This document shows, one piece after another, positions 37,461-46,125 of a stretch of DNA of 64,000 nucleotides. This DNA comes from an uncultured Bacilli bacterium. GTDB taxonomy: Bacteria > Bacillota_I > Bacilli_A > RF39 > UBA660. The notes below the pieces were generated by a model. It saw only the letters and a list, made by a program, of their open reading frames with translations, was not told the DNA's origin and did not search any database. The number at the start of each line of letters is the position of its first letter. The stretch's first letter is position 1. The stretch is from positions 16,064-80,063 of the forward strand of contig CAKOHI010000004.1 in NCBI GenBank assembly GCA_934085585.1, given 5' to 3'. Position numbers and translations under genes: made by a program.

Positions 37461-37461
37461 A

Positions 37462-38727
37462 ATGAAATATAAAACATATAATTGTAATTCTTTTAATATT
37501 TATACTATAAAAACAGATAAATTTAAAACAAGTCATATGGAAGTAATATTTAGAAATATAGCTAAAAAAGAAGAAATGGGGAAATATTCATTTTTAGCTG
37601 ATATGATGAGTGAATCATGTAAAATGTATCCGAGAAAAAAAGATTTAATTACTAAATTTGAAGAACTATATAAAATAATTATATACGCATCCACTGTAAG
37701 GGTAGGTAATGTATTAGATTTACATGTATCCTTGGATTTTATTAATCCTTTTTATATAGATGATGAAAATTATATGGAAGAAGTTATTAAAACTTTATTT
37801 GAAATAATTGAAAGACCTAATGTTGTTAATGATGAATTTGATTTAAAAACATTTAATATTGTAAAGGAACGTATTAAAAGAGAAATTAATTCTTTAAAAG
37901 AAAATCCTGTAAAGCAAAGTATAAAAGAAGCTTTTAAAGAAATGGATAAAGATAGTCCAACATCTTATGAACTTCTTGGTACGATTGAAGAATTAGATAA
38001 TATTACACCATCTAGTCTTTATGATGCTTATAAAAATTTAAGAAAGAATTTTAAAGTTGATATATTTTTAATAGGTAATTTAGAAATGGATGATGTAGTT
38101 AGTTTAATTAAGAAATATTTTAAAAATAGGTATATTGTTGATGGTTCTTATGAAATGATGGTGGATAATAAAGTTACTAAAAAAGTCCATGAAAAGAGTT
38201 TAAAAAGTGAAAATATTCAAACTAATTTAGTAATGTTATTTAATTTAGATAATTTAAGTGAACAAGAAAAAAATATTACTATGAATGTATTTAATTATTT
38301 ATATGGAAATGGAGGGCTTACTTCAAAACTATATAAAAGTATCAGAGAAGAAAATAGTTTATGTTATGCAATTAATAGTATGTATTTAAAATATGATAAA
38401 TTATTGATGATTCAAATATCATTAGAACAAAATAATGTAAAAAAATGTATTTCTTTAGTGAAAAAAGAATTAAAAAATATGGTAGATGGTAATTTTACGG
38501 ATTTAGAAGTTGAAGATGCTATTAATAATATGATTATTTCACTTGATATGACACTTGATAATAATGTAGCTATTTTAAATAATTATGTTTTTAATGTTTA
38601 TGATAATTTACCTATGATTGAAGATAGAAAATTAGCATTTAAGAATGTTAAAAAAGAAGATATAGTTAAGGTAGCAAAAAAAGTTAAGTTGAATACAGTA
38701 TTTGCTTTGGAAGGGAAGAGTGAATAA
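37462..38727 (+). CDS. M16-family peptidase-like protein, non-catalytic subunit (no HxxEH)
   Basis: 421 aa with an insulinase-like two-domain layout, but the HxxEH zinc motif is absent. It overlaps the next M16 gene by 1 nt (TAATG). Confidence 0.7.
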   Translation: MKYKTYNCNSFNIYTIKTDKFKTSHMEVIFRNIAKKEEMGKYSFLADMMSESCKMYPRKKDLITKFEELYKIIIYASTVRVGNVLDLHVSLDFINPFYIDDENYMEEVIKTLFEIIERPNVVNDEFDLKTFNIVKERIKREINSLKENPVKQSIKEAFKEMDKDSPTSYELLGTIEELDNITPSSLYDAYKNLRKNFKVDIFLIGNLEMDDVVSLIKKYFKNRYIVDGSYEMMVDNKVTKKVHEKSLKSENIQTNLVMLFNLDNLSEQEKNITMNVFNYLYGNGGLTSKLYKSIREENSLCYAINSMYLKYDKLLMIQISLEQNNVKKCISLVKKELKNMVDGNFTDLEVEDAINNMIISLDMTLDNNVAILNNYVFNVYDNLPMIEDRKLAFKNVKKEDIVKVAKKVKLNTVFALEGKSE

Positions 38728-40010
38728 TGGAAGAATTAGTTTTAAAAGGCTTAAATGAAAAGATATATGTGTATAATACTAAATGTGGACTTCCAATATA
38801 TATGTGGGTAAATGAAAAAGTAAGTAGTATGTATGCTTCTTTATCTGTAAAGTATGGTTCAATTCATACAAAATTTAAAATAGGGAAAAAGACTTATGAA
38901 GTACCTGATGGTATTGCTCATTTTTTGGAACATATAAAATTTAATATTGATGAGGAAACTACAGCTCATGATGAATTTTATAAATTAGGGGGAGATGCAA
39001 ATGCTTTTACAACTTTTGATTATACTAGTTATATTGTGTTTGCTACTAAAAATAAAAAAGAAAATTTAGAAGAATTACTTAATTTTGTTTATAATCCATT
39101 TTTTACTAAAAAAAGTGTAGCTAAAGAAAAAGGGATTATTGTTGAAGAAGCTAATATGGGACTTGATGATCCTTATAGTATAGTGTTTTTTCATACACTA
39201 TCAAATGTGTTACAAAAATCAAAATATAGAAATACTATAACAGGGACGCCAGAAGATGTTAATAGCATAAATCTAGAAGATGTTAAATTAGTTTATGATG
39301 CTTTTTATCATCCTGAAAATATGTTTTTAACTATAACTGGTAATTTTAATCCTTATGAAATGGCAAGTGTTGTTGAAGATAATTTATCTAAAAAAAGTTT
39401 CGGAAAGTATTTGCAACCAATAGTTATAAAAGAATCTGAACCTAAAAAAGTATTAGAAAAATATAAAGAAGAAAGGATTAATTTAACTTATCCAAGAGTG
39501 AAAATTTGTTGTAAAATGGATATGAATAAATTTAAGGACTATTCTATATTAGAACTAAAAATTCTTTCTAATTTAATTTTTAATATAAATTTTGGCGCTA
39601 CTTCTGATTTTAGAGATGAACTAATGGAAAAAGGACTTATTCAAGGAATGAGTGTTGCAACAGATATTTATGATGATACTTTTGTTATTTCAATTAGTGT
39701 AACAACCAATTTTAAAGATGAAGTTATAAAAAGAATTAAAGATAAATTAAATGATTTACAAATTAGTGATATTGATTTTAAAAGAAAAAAGAATGCTACG
39801 ATAGCAACTTTAATATTAGATTATGAAGATGTAGAAAATGTTAGTTATAGAATTCAAGATGATGTTTTAAATAATGGGGGTATTGTAACTAATCTAAAAG
39901 AAATATTAGAAGATGAGACTCTTGAAGATTTAGAAGAATTAATTAATTTATATGATTTAGATAATTTGCAAATTAGTGTATTTTTACCAAAAGAAAACCA
40001 AAAGGATTAA
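38727..40010 (+). CDS. M16-family zinc peptidase (insulinase-like), catalytic subunit
   Basis: GIAHFLEHIKF (HxxEH) plus a downstream E (VEEANMG). Confidence 0.8.
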   Translation: MEELVLKGLNEKIYVYNTKCGLPIYMWVNEKVSSMYASLSVKYGSIHTKFKIGKKTYEVPDGIAHFLEHIKFNIDEETTAHDEFYKLGGDANAFTTFDYTSYIVFATKNKKENLEELLNFVYNPFFTKKSVAKEKGIIVEEANMGLDDPYSIVFFHTLSNVLQKSKYRNTITGTPEDVNSINLEDVKLVYDAFYHPENMFLTITGNFNPYEMASVVEDNLSKKSFGKYLQPIVIKESEPKKVLEKYKEERINLTYPRVKICCKMDMNKFKDYSILELKILSNLIFNINFGATSDFRDELMEKGLIQGMSVATDIYDDTFVISISVTTNFKDEVIKRIKDKLNDLQISDIDFKRKKNATIATLILDYEDVENVSYRIQDDVLNNGGIVTNLKEILEDETLEDLEELINLYDLDNLQISVFLPKENQKD

Positions 40011-40033
40011 TAAATAACCTTTTGGTTTTAATA

Positions 40034-40636
40034 TTATCTGTTGTAGAATTCAACGATAAGTTGTTCATTAATTTCTGGATTAAGTTCACTTCTTTCTGGA
40101 AGTCTAACAAATTTACCAGTTAATTTCTTTTCATCCATTTCTAGGAATGCTGGAACAGTTCTCTTTTGTTCAATTGCATCAAGGATTGCTGGATGGTTCA
40201 TTGAGTTTTCTTTAACTGAAATGATATCTCCGACTTTAGTAGTGTATGAAGGAATATCAACCTTTTTACCATTTACTAAAATGTGTCCATGATTTACAAT
40301 TTGACGAGCGCTTCTTCTAGTTCTAGCCATACCAAGACGATAAACCATATTATCAAGTCTTGATTCTAGTAGGATAAGTAAGTTTTCCCCAGCAATACCA
40401 TGCATCTTTGAAGCTTTGTCAAATACTTTGTGGAATTGTTTTTCATTAAGTCCATAAAGAATTCTTACTTTTTGTTTTTCTTGCATTTGGATTCCATATT
40501 CACTTAATTTACGACGACGGTCTTGTCCGTGTTGTCCTGGTGCATATGGTCTTTTTGCTAATTCTTTTCCGTTTTCAAGAGTAGAAAAACCAAGTCTTCT
40601 AGATTTTTTATAAGCTGGTCCTGTATATCTTGCCAT
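40034..40636 (-). CDS. rpsD: 30S ribosomal protein S4
   Basis: [16 protein letters not shown]... with an S4 RNA-binding domain. The ATG at 40636 is preceded by GGAG. Confidence 0.95.
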   Translation of the reverse strand: MARYTGPAYKKSRRLGFSTLENGKELAKRPYAPGQHGQDRRRKLSEYGIQMQEKQKVRILYGLNEKQFHKVFDKASKMHGIAGENLLILLESRLDNMVYRLGMARTRRSARQIVNHGHILVNGKKVDIPSYTTKVGDIISVKENSMNHPAILDAIEQKRTVPAFLEMDEKKLTGKFVRLPERSELNPEINEQLIVEFYNR

Positions 40637-40826
40637 AAAATCTCCTTTCATTTTATTTGCAAAATATTTAACTTCGTTATATCTAATAAATAGGGAGTTT
40701 AAATAATTTTACTAGGGCAGTCCTAGTTACTTTGTTCCATATAGGTTTAAACACATTATTTATAGGTATAACCCTGCCTAAATAACTTGCAAGTGTATTA
40801 TATAATAAATGTATGCTTGTTGTCAA
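40637..40826 (-). promoter_or_regulatory. rpsD promoter and long structured 5' leader
   Basis: On the minus strand: TTGACA (40826-40821), 18-nt spacer, TATAAT (40802-40797). About 150 nt of leader contain hairpins such as ACTAGG/CCTAGT (about 40711-40727). S4 autoregulation through its leader is known in Bacillus. Confidence 0.5.
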
Positions 40827-40972
40827 ATAAAAATTGTAATTGTTTATTTATTTTATTATGACAAATAAAAACATCTAGGTTAATTTAACTTATATATTTG
40901 GACTAAAAAATTTTAAAGCAAATGCTATAATTTGTTGCTTTTTATAGACTCGTATGTTAAAATAATTTTTAT

Positions 40973-41191
40973 GGAATATCCAGTTGATTGGATGCTACCT
41001 TCTACAATATAAATAAGAGGTTTGATTCTATGACTAAAGATGGAATTATCATCGGGTTATGGTTGATCATTATTCTTCTCATTTTGGTTTTACTGCTAAA
41101 ATAGAAGTAAATAAAAACGCATCTAGATCAACCGTGTTGATTTAGATGCCCACAACTTTGGTAGCATCCAACATGCAAAATTGGATGTTCC
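40973..41191 (+). repeat. Long-range inverted repeat bracketing a 24-codon ORF
   Basis: TTGGATGCTACC (40988-40999) is perfectly complementary to GGTAGCATCCAA (41160-41171). GGAATATCCA (40973-40982) pairs with TGGATGTTCC (41182-41191) with one G-U. Confidence 0.85.
41030..41104 (+). CDS. 24-aa hydrophobic peptide (candidate type I toxin)
   Basis: Not in the ORF track. AAGAGG lies 9 nt upstream of the ATG. My translation is MTKDGIIIGLWLIIILLILVLLLK. The candidate promoter is TTGCTT (40935-40940), 17 nt, TGtTAAAAT (-10 at 40958-40963). The 3' hairpin CATCCAA/TTGGATG (41165-41187) is followed by a T-run. Confidence 0.5.
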   Translation: MTKDGIIIGLWLIIILLILVLLLK

Positions 41192-41254
41192 ATTTTTAAT
41201 TTATGCAAATTGTTTTGCTATATACATATTATCATAAAAGTGGCTTTTTGTCAA
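41112..41254 (-). ncRNA. Candidate antisense sRNA (antitoxin) convergent with the 24-aa ORF, including its promoter
   Basis: Minus-strand TTGACA (41254-41249), 17 nt, TAATAT (41231-41226), immediately after the def stop codon. About 100 nt downstream is a 14-bp hairpin (41149-41119, GCATCTAAATCAAC/GTTGATCTAGATGC) followed by TTTTT on the minus strand. The transcript would be fully complementary to the 3' UTR of the peptide mRNA. Confidence 0.45.
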
Positions 41255-41257
41255 AGT

Positions 41258-41812
41258 CTAAATTTCTCGCATTTTATTTTTATCTTTATATGGATTTTTA
41301 GGATCTATTTTATCTACGAATAAAATTCCATCTAAATGATCTATTTCATGTTGGAATGCTACAGCTAAATCTTCACGAGCTCGCATTGTTTTTTTATTTC
41401 CTTCATAATCATAATATTCAATAGTTATTCTAGCATGTCTTGGAACTATGCCTTCAACTTCACGATTAACACTTAAACATCCTTCGCCTTCACCAACATA
41501 AATTAACTCTTCACTTTGACTAATAATTTTAGGATTAATTATTATATATTCTTCAAAGGTTCCTTTTTCTTCTAGTTCATTGGCTATAACAAACATTCTT
41601 TTTAAATGCCCTAGTTGGACAAAAGCCATTCCCATTCCAGCTCTTAAATCGTATTTTTCAGCAATTTTTTCGTCTTGGCTCATTTCTAAATATTTAATTG
41701 TATCTTCAGCAAGTTTGCGATCTTCTTTACTTACTGGAAATGTAACATCTTTACTTTTTTGATGTAATATTTTATTTTTTTCATCTAATATTGTAATGTT
41801 TGGTAATTTCAT
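41258..41812 (-). CDS. def: Peptide deformylase
   Basis: GMGMAFVQLG, EGCLS and HEIDHLDG motifs. The ATG at 41812 is preceded by AGGTGA. Confidence 0.93.
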   Translation of the reverse strand: MKLPNITILDEKNKILHQKSKDVTFPVSKEDRKLAEDTIKYLEMSQDEKIAEKYDLRAGMGMAFVQLGHLKRMFVIANELEEKGTFEEYIIINPKIISQSEELIYVGEGEGCLSVNREVEGIVPRHARITIEYYDYEGNKKTMRAREDLAVAFQHEIDHLDGILFVDKIDPKNPYKDKNKMREI

Positions 41813-41886
41813 ATATACTTCACCTGGAACATAGTATATCAAATTTTTTTTGAAAATGCAATTTTCATTGTAATTGCTAGGCTTTT

Positions 41887-42393
41887 ATGGTAATATTTGC
41901 TTGGGAGATGATTTTCTTGGATATTCAAAAAAGACTTAAAATGATATTAGATAAATTTGCAGAATGTAGTAACGAGTTGGGTATTATTGATATTACCAAA
42001 TTTGCAAGATCATTTGGATTTATTGTTAATGAGAGTAGTGATTTACCAAATGATATAAATGGTAAAATTAGTTCAGCTAATAATAATAAAAAAATAATTT
42101 TAAATATTTACTTTAGTAAAGAACAAAAAAGATATACGATTGCATATTTGATTTCTTCATATTTAATATTTTATAATAATGAAATTTTTTTAGGTAGTCA
42201 TGTTTTAGATAATGAAATTGATGCTGTTGCATCTTTTGCAAGAATATTACTTGTGCCTGATAATAAATTAAAGGCTTGTAATACAAGAGATTGCGAGGCT
42301 TTAGCATCTTATTTTTCTGTACCTATAGAAATAATTAAATTAAGATTAAAAGAAGTGTTTAAACCAAATATATTACAAAGAAAAAAGGACTAG
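41887..42393 (+). CDS. Hypothetical protein, possibly a degenerate ImmA/IrrE-like (DUF955) domain lacking HExxH
   Basis: KIILNIYFSKEQKRYTIAYLISSYLIFYN ... ARILLVPDNKL is laid out like the ImmA/IrrE core (..vn..l...qrFtiaHELgHyll...lLmP), but the His/Glu ligands are replaced. The start codon is uncertain. Confidence 0.35.
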   Translation: MVIFAWEMIFLDIQKRLKMILDKFAECSNELGIIDITKFARSFGFIVNESSDLPNDINGKISSANNNKKIILNIYFSKEQKRYTIAYLISSYLIFYNNEIFLGSHVLDNEIDAVASFARILLVPDNKLKACNTRDCEALASYFSVPIEIIKLRLKEVFKPNILQRKKD

Positions 42394-42419
42394 TTTTGAT
42401 GTAGCCCTTTTAAATTTAT

Positions 42420-42605
42420 TTAATTATTGTTATTATTCCAGCTCCAGCCAGCACCTAAAATGATTACTAAAAGAATGAATAATACAATCCAAATAGCAGC
42501 ACCTATGCCATAACCACTAGTGTATCCAGCATATGTAGGAGCTCCACAAGCACCTTGAGCGCCGTATCCTCCGCCATAATAGCCAGTATTTCCATAATAA
42601 TACAT
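42420..42605 (-). CDS. YjcZ-like small sporulation membrane protein (G/Y-rich)
   Basis: 61 aa. A G/Y-rich N-terminus is followed by AAIWIVLFILLVIILGAG, the TIGR01732/YjcZ-type core (from memory). RBS AGGAGG. Confidence 0.65.
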   Translation of the reverse strand: MYYYGNTGYYGGGYGAQGACGAPTYAGYTSGYGIGAAIWIVLFILLVIILGAGWSWNNNNN

Positions 42606-42735
42606 AATATACCTCCTTTTTGTATCTACTATAATTTATTATAAATGACGATTTTTTGACATTAAAATAACCCAAGTTTTCAAAAAAAACTTTAATTTGT
42701 TTGTAAATATGATAATATTATTATAGGTGAGGAGT

Positions 42736-43893
42736 ATGCGAAAAATATTTTCTAAAATGGATATTCCATTATTTATAATGATAATACTTTATGTTATTTT
42801 AGGATTAGTAATGATTTATAGTGCTTCTAGTATTACTGCAGTTGTAAGATATGGATATCAACCTTATCATTTTTTTATAAGACAAGCGATATTTGTTTTA
42901 GTAGCTTTTTTTATAGGCTTGTTAATTGTTTTAAGGTTTCCAACTAGAAATTATGGAGCTTTAGCTTGGCCTTTGGTGTTTTTGCTGATTGGATCTTTGG
43001 CACTTTTATTTGTAAAGGGGAAAATTGCTGGTGGTGCAATAAGTTGGTTTGATTTAAAATATTTTAAAGTGCAACCTAGTGAGTTTGCAAAATCAATTTT
43101 AGTAGTGTTTATGGCTGTTTATTATAATAAACTTCATTATAAAAAGGTAAAAAATGTTTATGCTTATTTTGTTCCGTTGGGATTTGCAGCAATTGTTATT
43201 GGGCTTGTGTTTATGCAACCTGATTTAGGAAGTGCAGCTATTATTGCTGGTATTGTATTTTTAACTTTTATAAGTATTCCTATTGTTCAAAATAATATTA
43301 TGAAATTTATTAAAATATTTGCAGTCGGAGTAATTATTGCTGTTATAGCTGTGCTTTATTCTGGTAATGATTTTTTAAGTAGCATTCAAAAAGGAAGACT
43401 TAATTTTAGAAATCCTTGTTCAAGATATACTGAAACTACTGGATATCAAGTGTGTAATGGGTTTATTGCTATAAATAATGGTGGTTTATTTGGGGTTGGT
43501 CTTGGAAATTCAAGACAAAAATATTTATATTTACCTGAATCTCATACAGATTTTATTTTTCCAATTATTGTTGAAGAACTTGGACTTGCAATAGGTATTT
43601 TAATTATTTTAGGTTATGTTTATATTTTAGCAAGGATTTTAAAAATTGCTAAATCAAGTGAAAATCTACGATGTTCAATTCTTGCCTATGGAACTTTTTG
43701 GTATTTTACGTTACATATTTTAGTTAATTTACTCGGAGTACTAGCTTTAATTCCTTTGACTGGTGTACCACTTCCATTTTTAAGTTATGGTGGATCATTT
43801 ACTGTTAATGCGATTATAATGGTTTTTGTGGTAGAAAGAGTAAATATTGAAAATAAAATTAATAAAACTAAAAGAGAAATAAAAGCTTTATAA
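42736..43893 (+). CDS. FtsW/RodA/SpoVE-family peptidoglycan glycosyltransferase (SEDS)
   Basis: 10-TM protein with QPSEFAK, MQPDLGSA, PESHTDFIF and GVPLPFLSYGGS motifs. The ATG at 42736 follows AGGTGAGGA. Confidence 0.88.
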   Translation: MRKIFSKMDIPLFIMIILYVILGLVMIYSASSITAVVRYGYQPYHFFIRQAIFVLVAFFIGLLIVLRFPTRNYGALAWPLVFLLIGSLALLFVKGKIAGGAISWFDLKYFKVQPSEFAKSILVVFMAVYYNKLHYKKVKNVYAYFVPLGFAAIVIGLVFMQPDLGSAAIIAGIVFLTFISIPIVQNNIMKFIKIFAVGVIIAVIAVLYSGNDFLSSIQKGRLNFRNPCSRYTETTGYQVCNGFIAINNGGLFGVGLGNSRQKYLYLPESHTDFIFPIIVEELGLAIGILIILGYVYILARILKIAKSSENLRCSILAYGTFWYFTLHILVNLLGVLALIPLTGVPLPFLSYGGSFTVNAIIMVFVVERVNIENKINKTKREIKAL

Positions 43894-44007
43894 ACGGTTT
43901 AAAATTAATGCTTTTTAACAAATTAAATTTGAGATGAAAACATAAGCAGATCCAATAATTATTGAATAAAAGAAGAAATATTAGAAATAATATAAATGGT
44001 GATAAAT

Positions 44008-44757
44008 ATGCCTAATATACATTCTAATATTTCTTTTGCTTTAGTAAGTATTCCTGTGTTACTTAATCCTGTTATTAAAAATAATGATACTTCTTTTAAT
44101 CAATTGCATAAAAAGTGTTTGGAAAGAGTTAAATATATAAAATATTGTCCAAAGTGTAAAAAAGATTTAAAAGAAAGTGACATTGTAAAAGGGTATCAAT
44201 TTGAAAAAGATAATTATTTAATTTTTAGTAAAACTGAACTTGATAATTTAAAACCTGATTGGGATAAAGAGATTGAAGTAATATCATTTATAAAAGAAGG
44301 TAGTGTGCCTCCGTGGTATTTTGAAAAAAGTTATTTTTTAAATACAGAAGGGAAGTCTAAAGCATATAATTTGTTTTATGAGGCTTTAAAGAAAACAAAA
44401 AGGGTAGCTTTAGTTAAAACTGTAATTGGGCCAAAATTTTATTATGGAATATTAAAGTTAGTTGAAAATGGAATAATTTTAACGACGTTATATTTTGAAG
44501 AGGAAGTAAGAATGCCTGATAAAGAAATGAATATCAAAGTAACAAATAAAGAACTTGATTTAGCTATTAAACTAATTGAAAGTATGGAAGGGGTTTTTGA
44601 ACCTAATAAATATAAAGATGAATATCAAGATAGAATTAAAAAAGCTATTGATGAAAAATTGGATGGAAAGAAAATTACAAAAACTAAAAGAAGTAGTAAA
44701 AAGCAAATTAATGATTTAATGAAGGCTTTAGAAAAAAGCTTAAAGGATAAAAAATGA
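44008..44757 (+). CDS. ku: Ku protein (NHEJ)
   Basis: ISFALVSIPVLL at the N-terminus, a Ku core, and a basic K-rich C-terminal tail. Confidence 0.85.
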   Translation: MPNIHSNISFALVSIPVLLNPVIKNNDTSFNQLHKKCLERVKYIKYCPKCKKDLKESDIVKGYQFEKDNYLIFSKTELDNLKPDWDKEIEVISFIKEGSVPPWYFEKSYFLNTEGKSKAYNLFYEALKKTKRVALVKTVIGPKFYYGILKLVENGIILTTLYFEEEVRMPDKEMNIKVTNKELDLAIKLIESMEGVFEPNKYKDEYQDRIKKAIDEKLDGKKITKTKRSSKKQINDLMKALEKSLKDKK

Positions 44758-45623
44758 GTTTGTGGAAAAAAGAATTTACACCGATGCTTCTTAAAGAAGT
44801 AGATGAAGTATTTGATGATGAAAATTATTTATACGAAGTAAAATATGACGGAATAAGGGTATTAGTTTTTGTAAGTAATGATAGTGTTGTAATAAAAAGC
44901 AGATATGGTATGGATATAACAAAGTTATTTCCAGAATTAAGTTGTTTAAGTAAAATAGTTAGTGGTAAAGTAATATTTGATGGAGAAATTATAATTTTAG
45001 ATGATGGAAGGGTGTCTTTTTCAAAATTACAAAAGAGATTTCATTTAAAAAATAAAAGAACTATTGATTTTTTAAGTAAGACAAATCCAGTTGTTTTTAT
45101 GTGTTTTGATGTATTATATGAAAATAGGGATTTAATAAATTTAAGTTTGTTAGAAAGAAAAGAAATATTAAATAATTATGAAGATAATGAAGTATTTGTT
45201 AAAAGTACATATGTTTATGGTAAAGGAAGTAAGTTGTTTAAAGCAATAAAATCATTGGATATGGAAGGTATTGTAGCCAAAAAAATAGATAGTAAATATT
45301 TAATTAATGAAAGAAGTGATAATTGGATAAAAATAAAGAATTATAAAAGCGATGATTTTTTAATACTTGGTTATATTAATAAAGAAAATGTTATTAGTTT
45401 AGTATTAGGTGAGTTATTAAAGGGAAGAATTGTGTATGTTGGAAAAGTTAGTTTGGGAAAGAAAAGAAGTTTAGCTAATAAAATTATGAATATGAAAGAA
45501 GCAAAAGCTTTAATTGATATAAAAGATAAAGATGTAATATATGTAAAACCTAATGTAAAATGTGAGGTTAAATATTTAGAAAGAACAAGTAATGGGCTTT
45601 TAAGACAACCTTTTATACCTTGA
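44754..45623 (+). CDS. ligD: ATP-dependent DNA ligase (LigD ligase domain only)
   Basis: Adenylation motif I EVKYDGIR, FDGEI, EGIVAK, and an OB domain. It is only 289 aa, with no polymerase/primase or phosphoesterase domain. It overlaps the ku stop (ATGA). Confidence 0.85.
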   Translation: MSLWKKEFTPMLLKEVDEVFDDENYLYEVKYDGIRVLVFVSNDSVVIKSRYGMDITKLFPELSCLSKIVSGKVIFDGEIIILDDGRVSFSKLQKRFHLKNKRTIDFLSKTNPVVFMCFDVLYENRDLINLSLLERKEILNNYEDNEVFVKSTYVYGKGSKLFKAIKSLDMEGIVAKKIDSKYLINERSDNWIKIKNYKSDDFLILGYINKENVISLVLGELLKGRIVYVGKVSLGKKRSLANKIMNMKEAKALIDIKDKDVIYVKPNVKCEVKYLERTSNGLLRQPFIP

Positions 45624-45777
45624 AAATGTCAAAAATAAGTAAAAATATATAAGTTTTTTTAGAAAATATATAAAATTTGCGAATTAGTTATTGATTTTAC
45701 CTAGTTTTTTTGGTAGTCTTAATATGTAAGGACAATGTTCCTACAAAATATTTTAGATAATAGGGAGGTATAATATT

Positions 45778-46050
45778 ATGTCTAAAACAGAATTAGTAGA
45801 ATTAATTGCAAAAGAAGCTGGACTTTCTAAAGCTGATGCTGCTCGTGCACTTGACGCTACAATTGCAGGTATTACTGCTGGATTAAAAAAAGATGGAAAG
45901 GTTGCTTTAGTTGGTTTCGGTACTTTTAGTGCTAAAACAAGAGCTGCTAGAGAAGGAATCAATCCATTAACAAAAGAACCAATTAAAATTCCTGCTAAGA
46001 CAGTTGCTTCATTTAAAGCTGGAAGCAAATTAAAAGACGCTTTAAATTAG
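45778..46050 (+). CDS. hup: DNA-binding protein HU
   Basis: [27 protein letters not shown]...GFGTF..R.AR.GINP.T, the canonical HU sequence. RBS GGGAGG. Confidence 0.95.
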   Translation: MSKTELVELIAKEAGLSKADAARALDATIAGITAGLKKDGKVALVGFGTFSAKTRAAREGINPLTKEPIKIPAKTVASFKAGSKLKDALN

Positions 46051-46125
46051 TAAATTTGAAAAGTTGATTAATTTCAACTTTTTTTTAATGGCGTTTTGGA
46101 GTATAATATATGTAAGGTGGTAATT

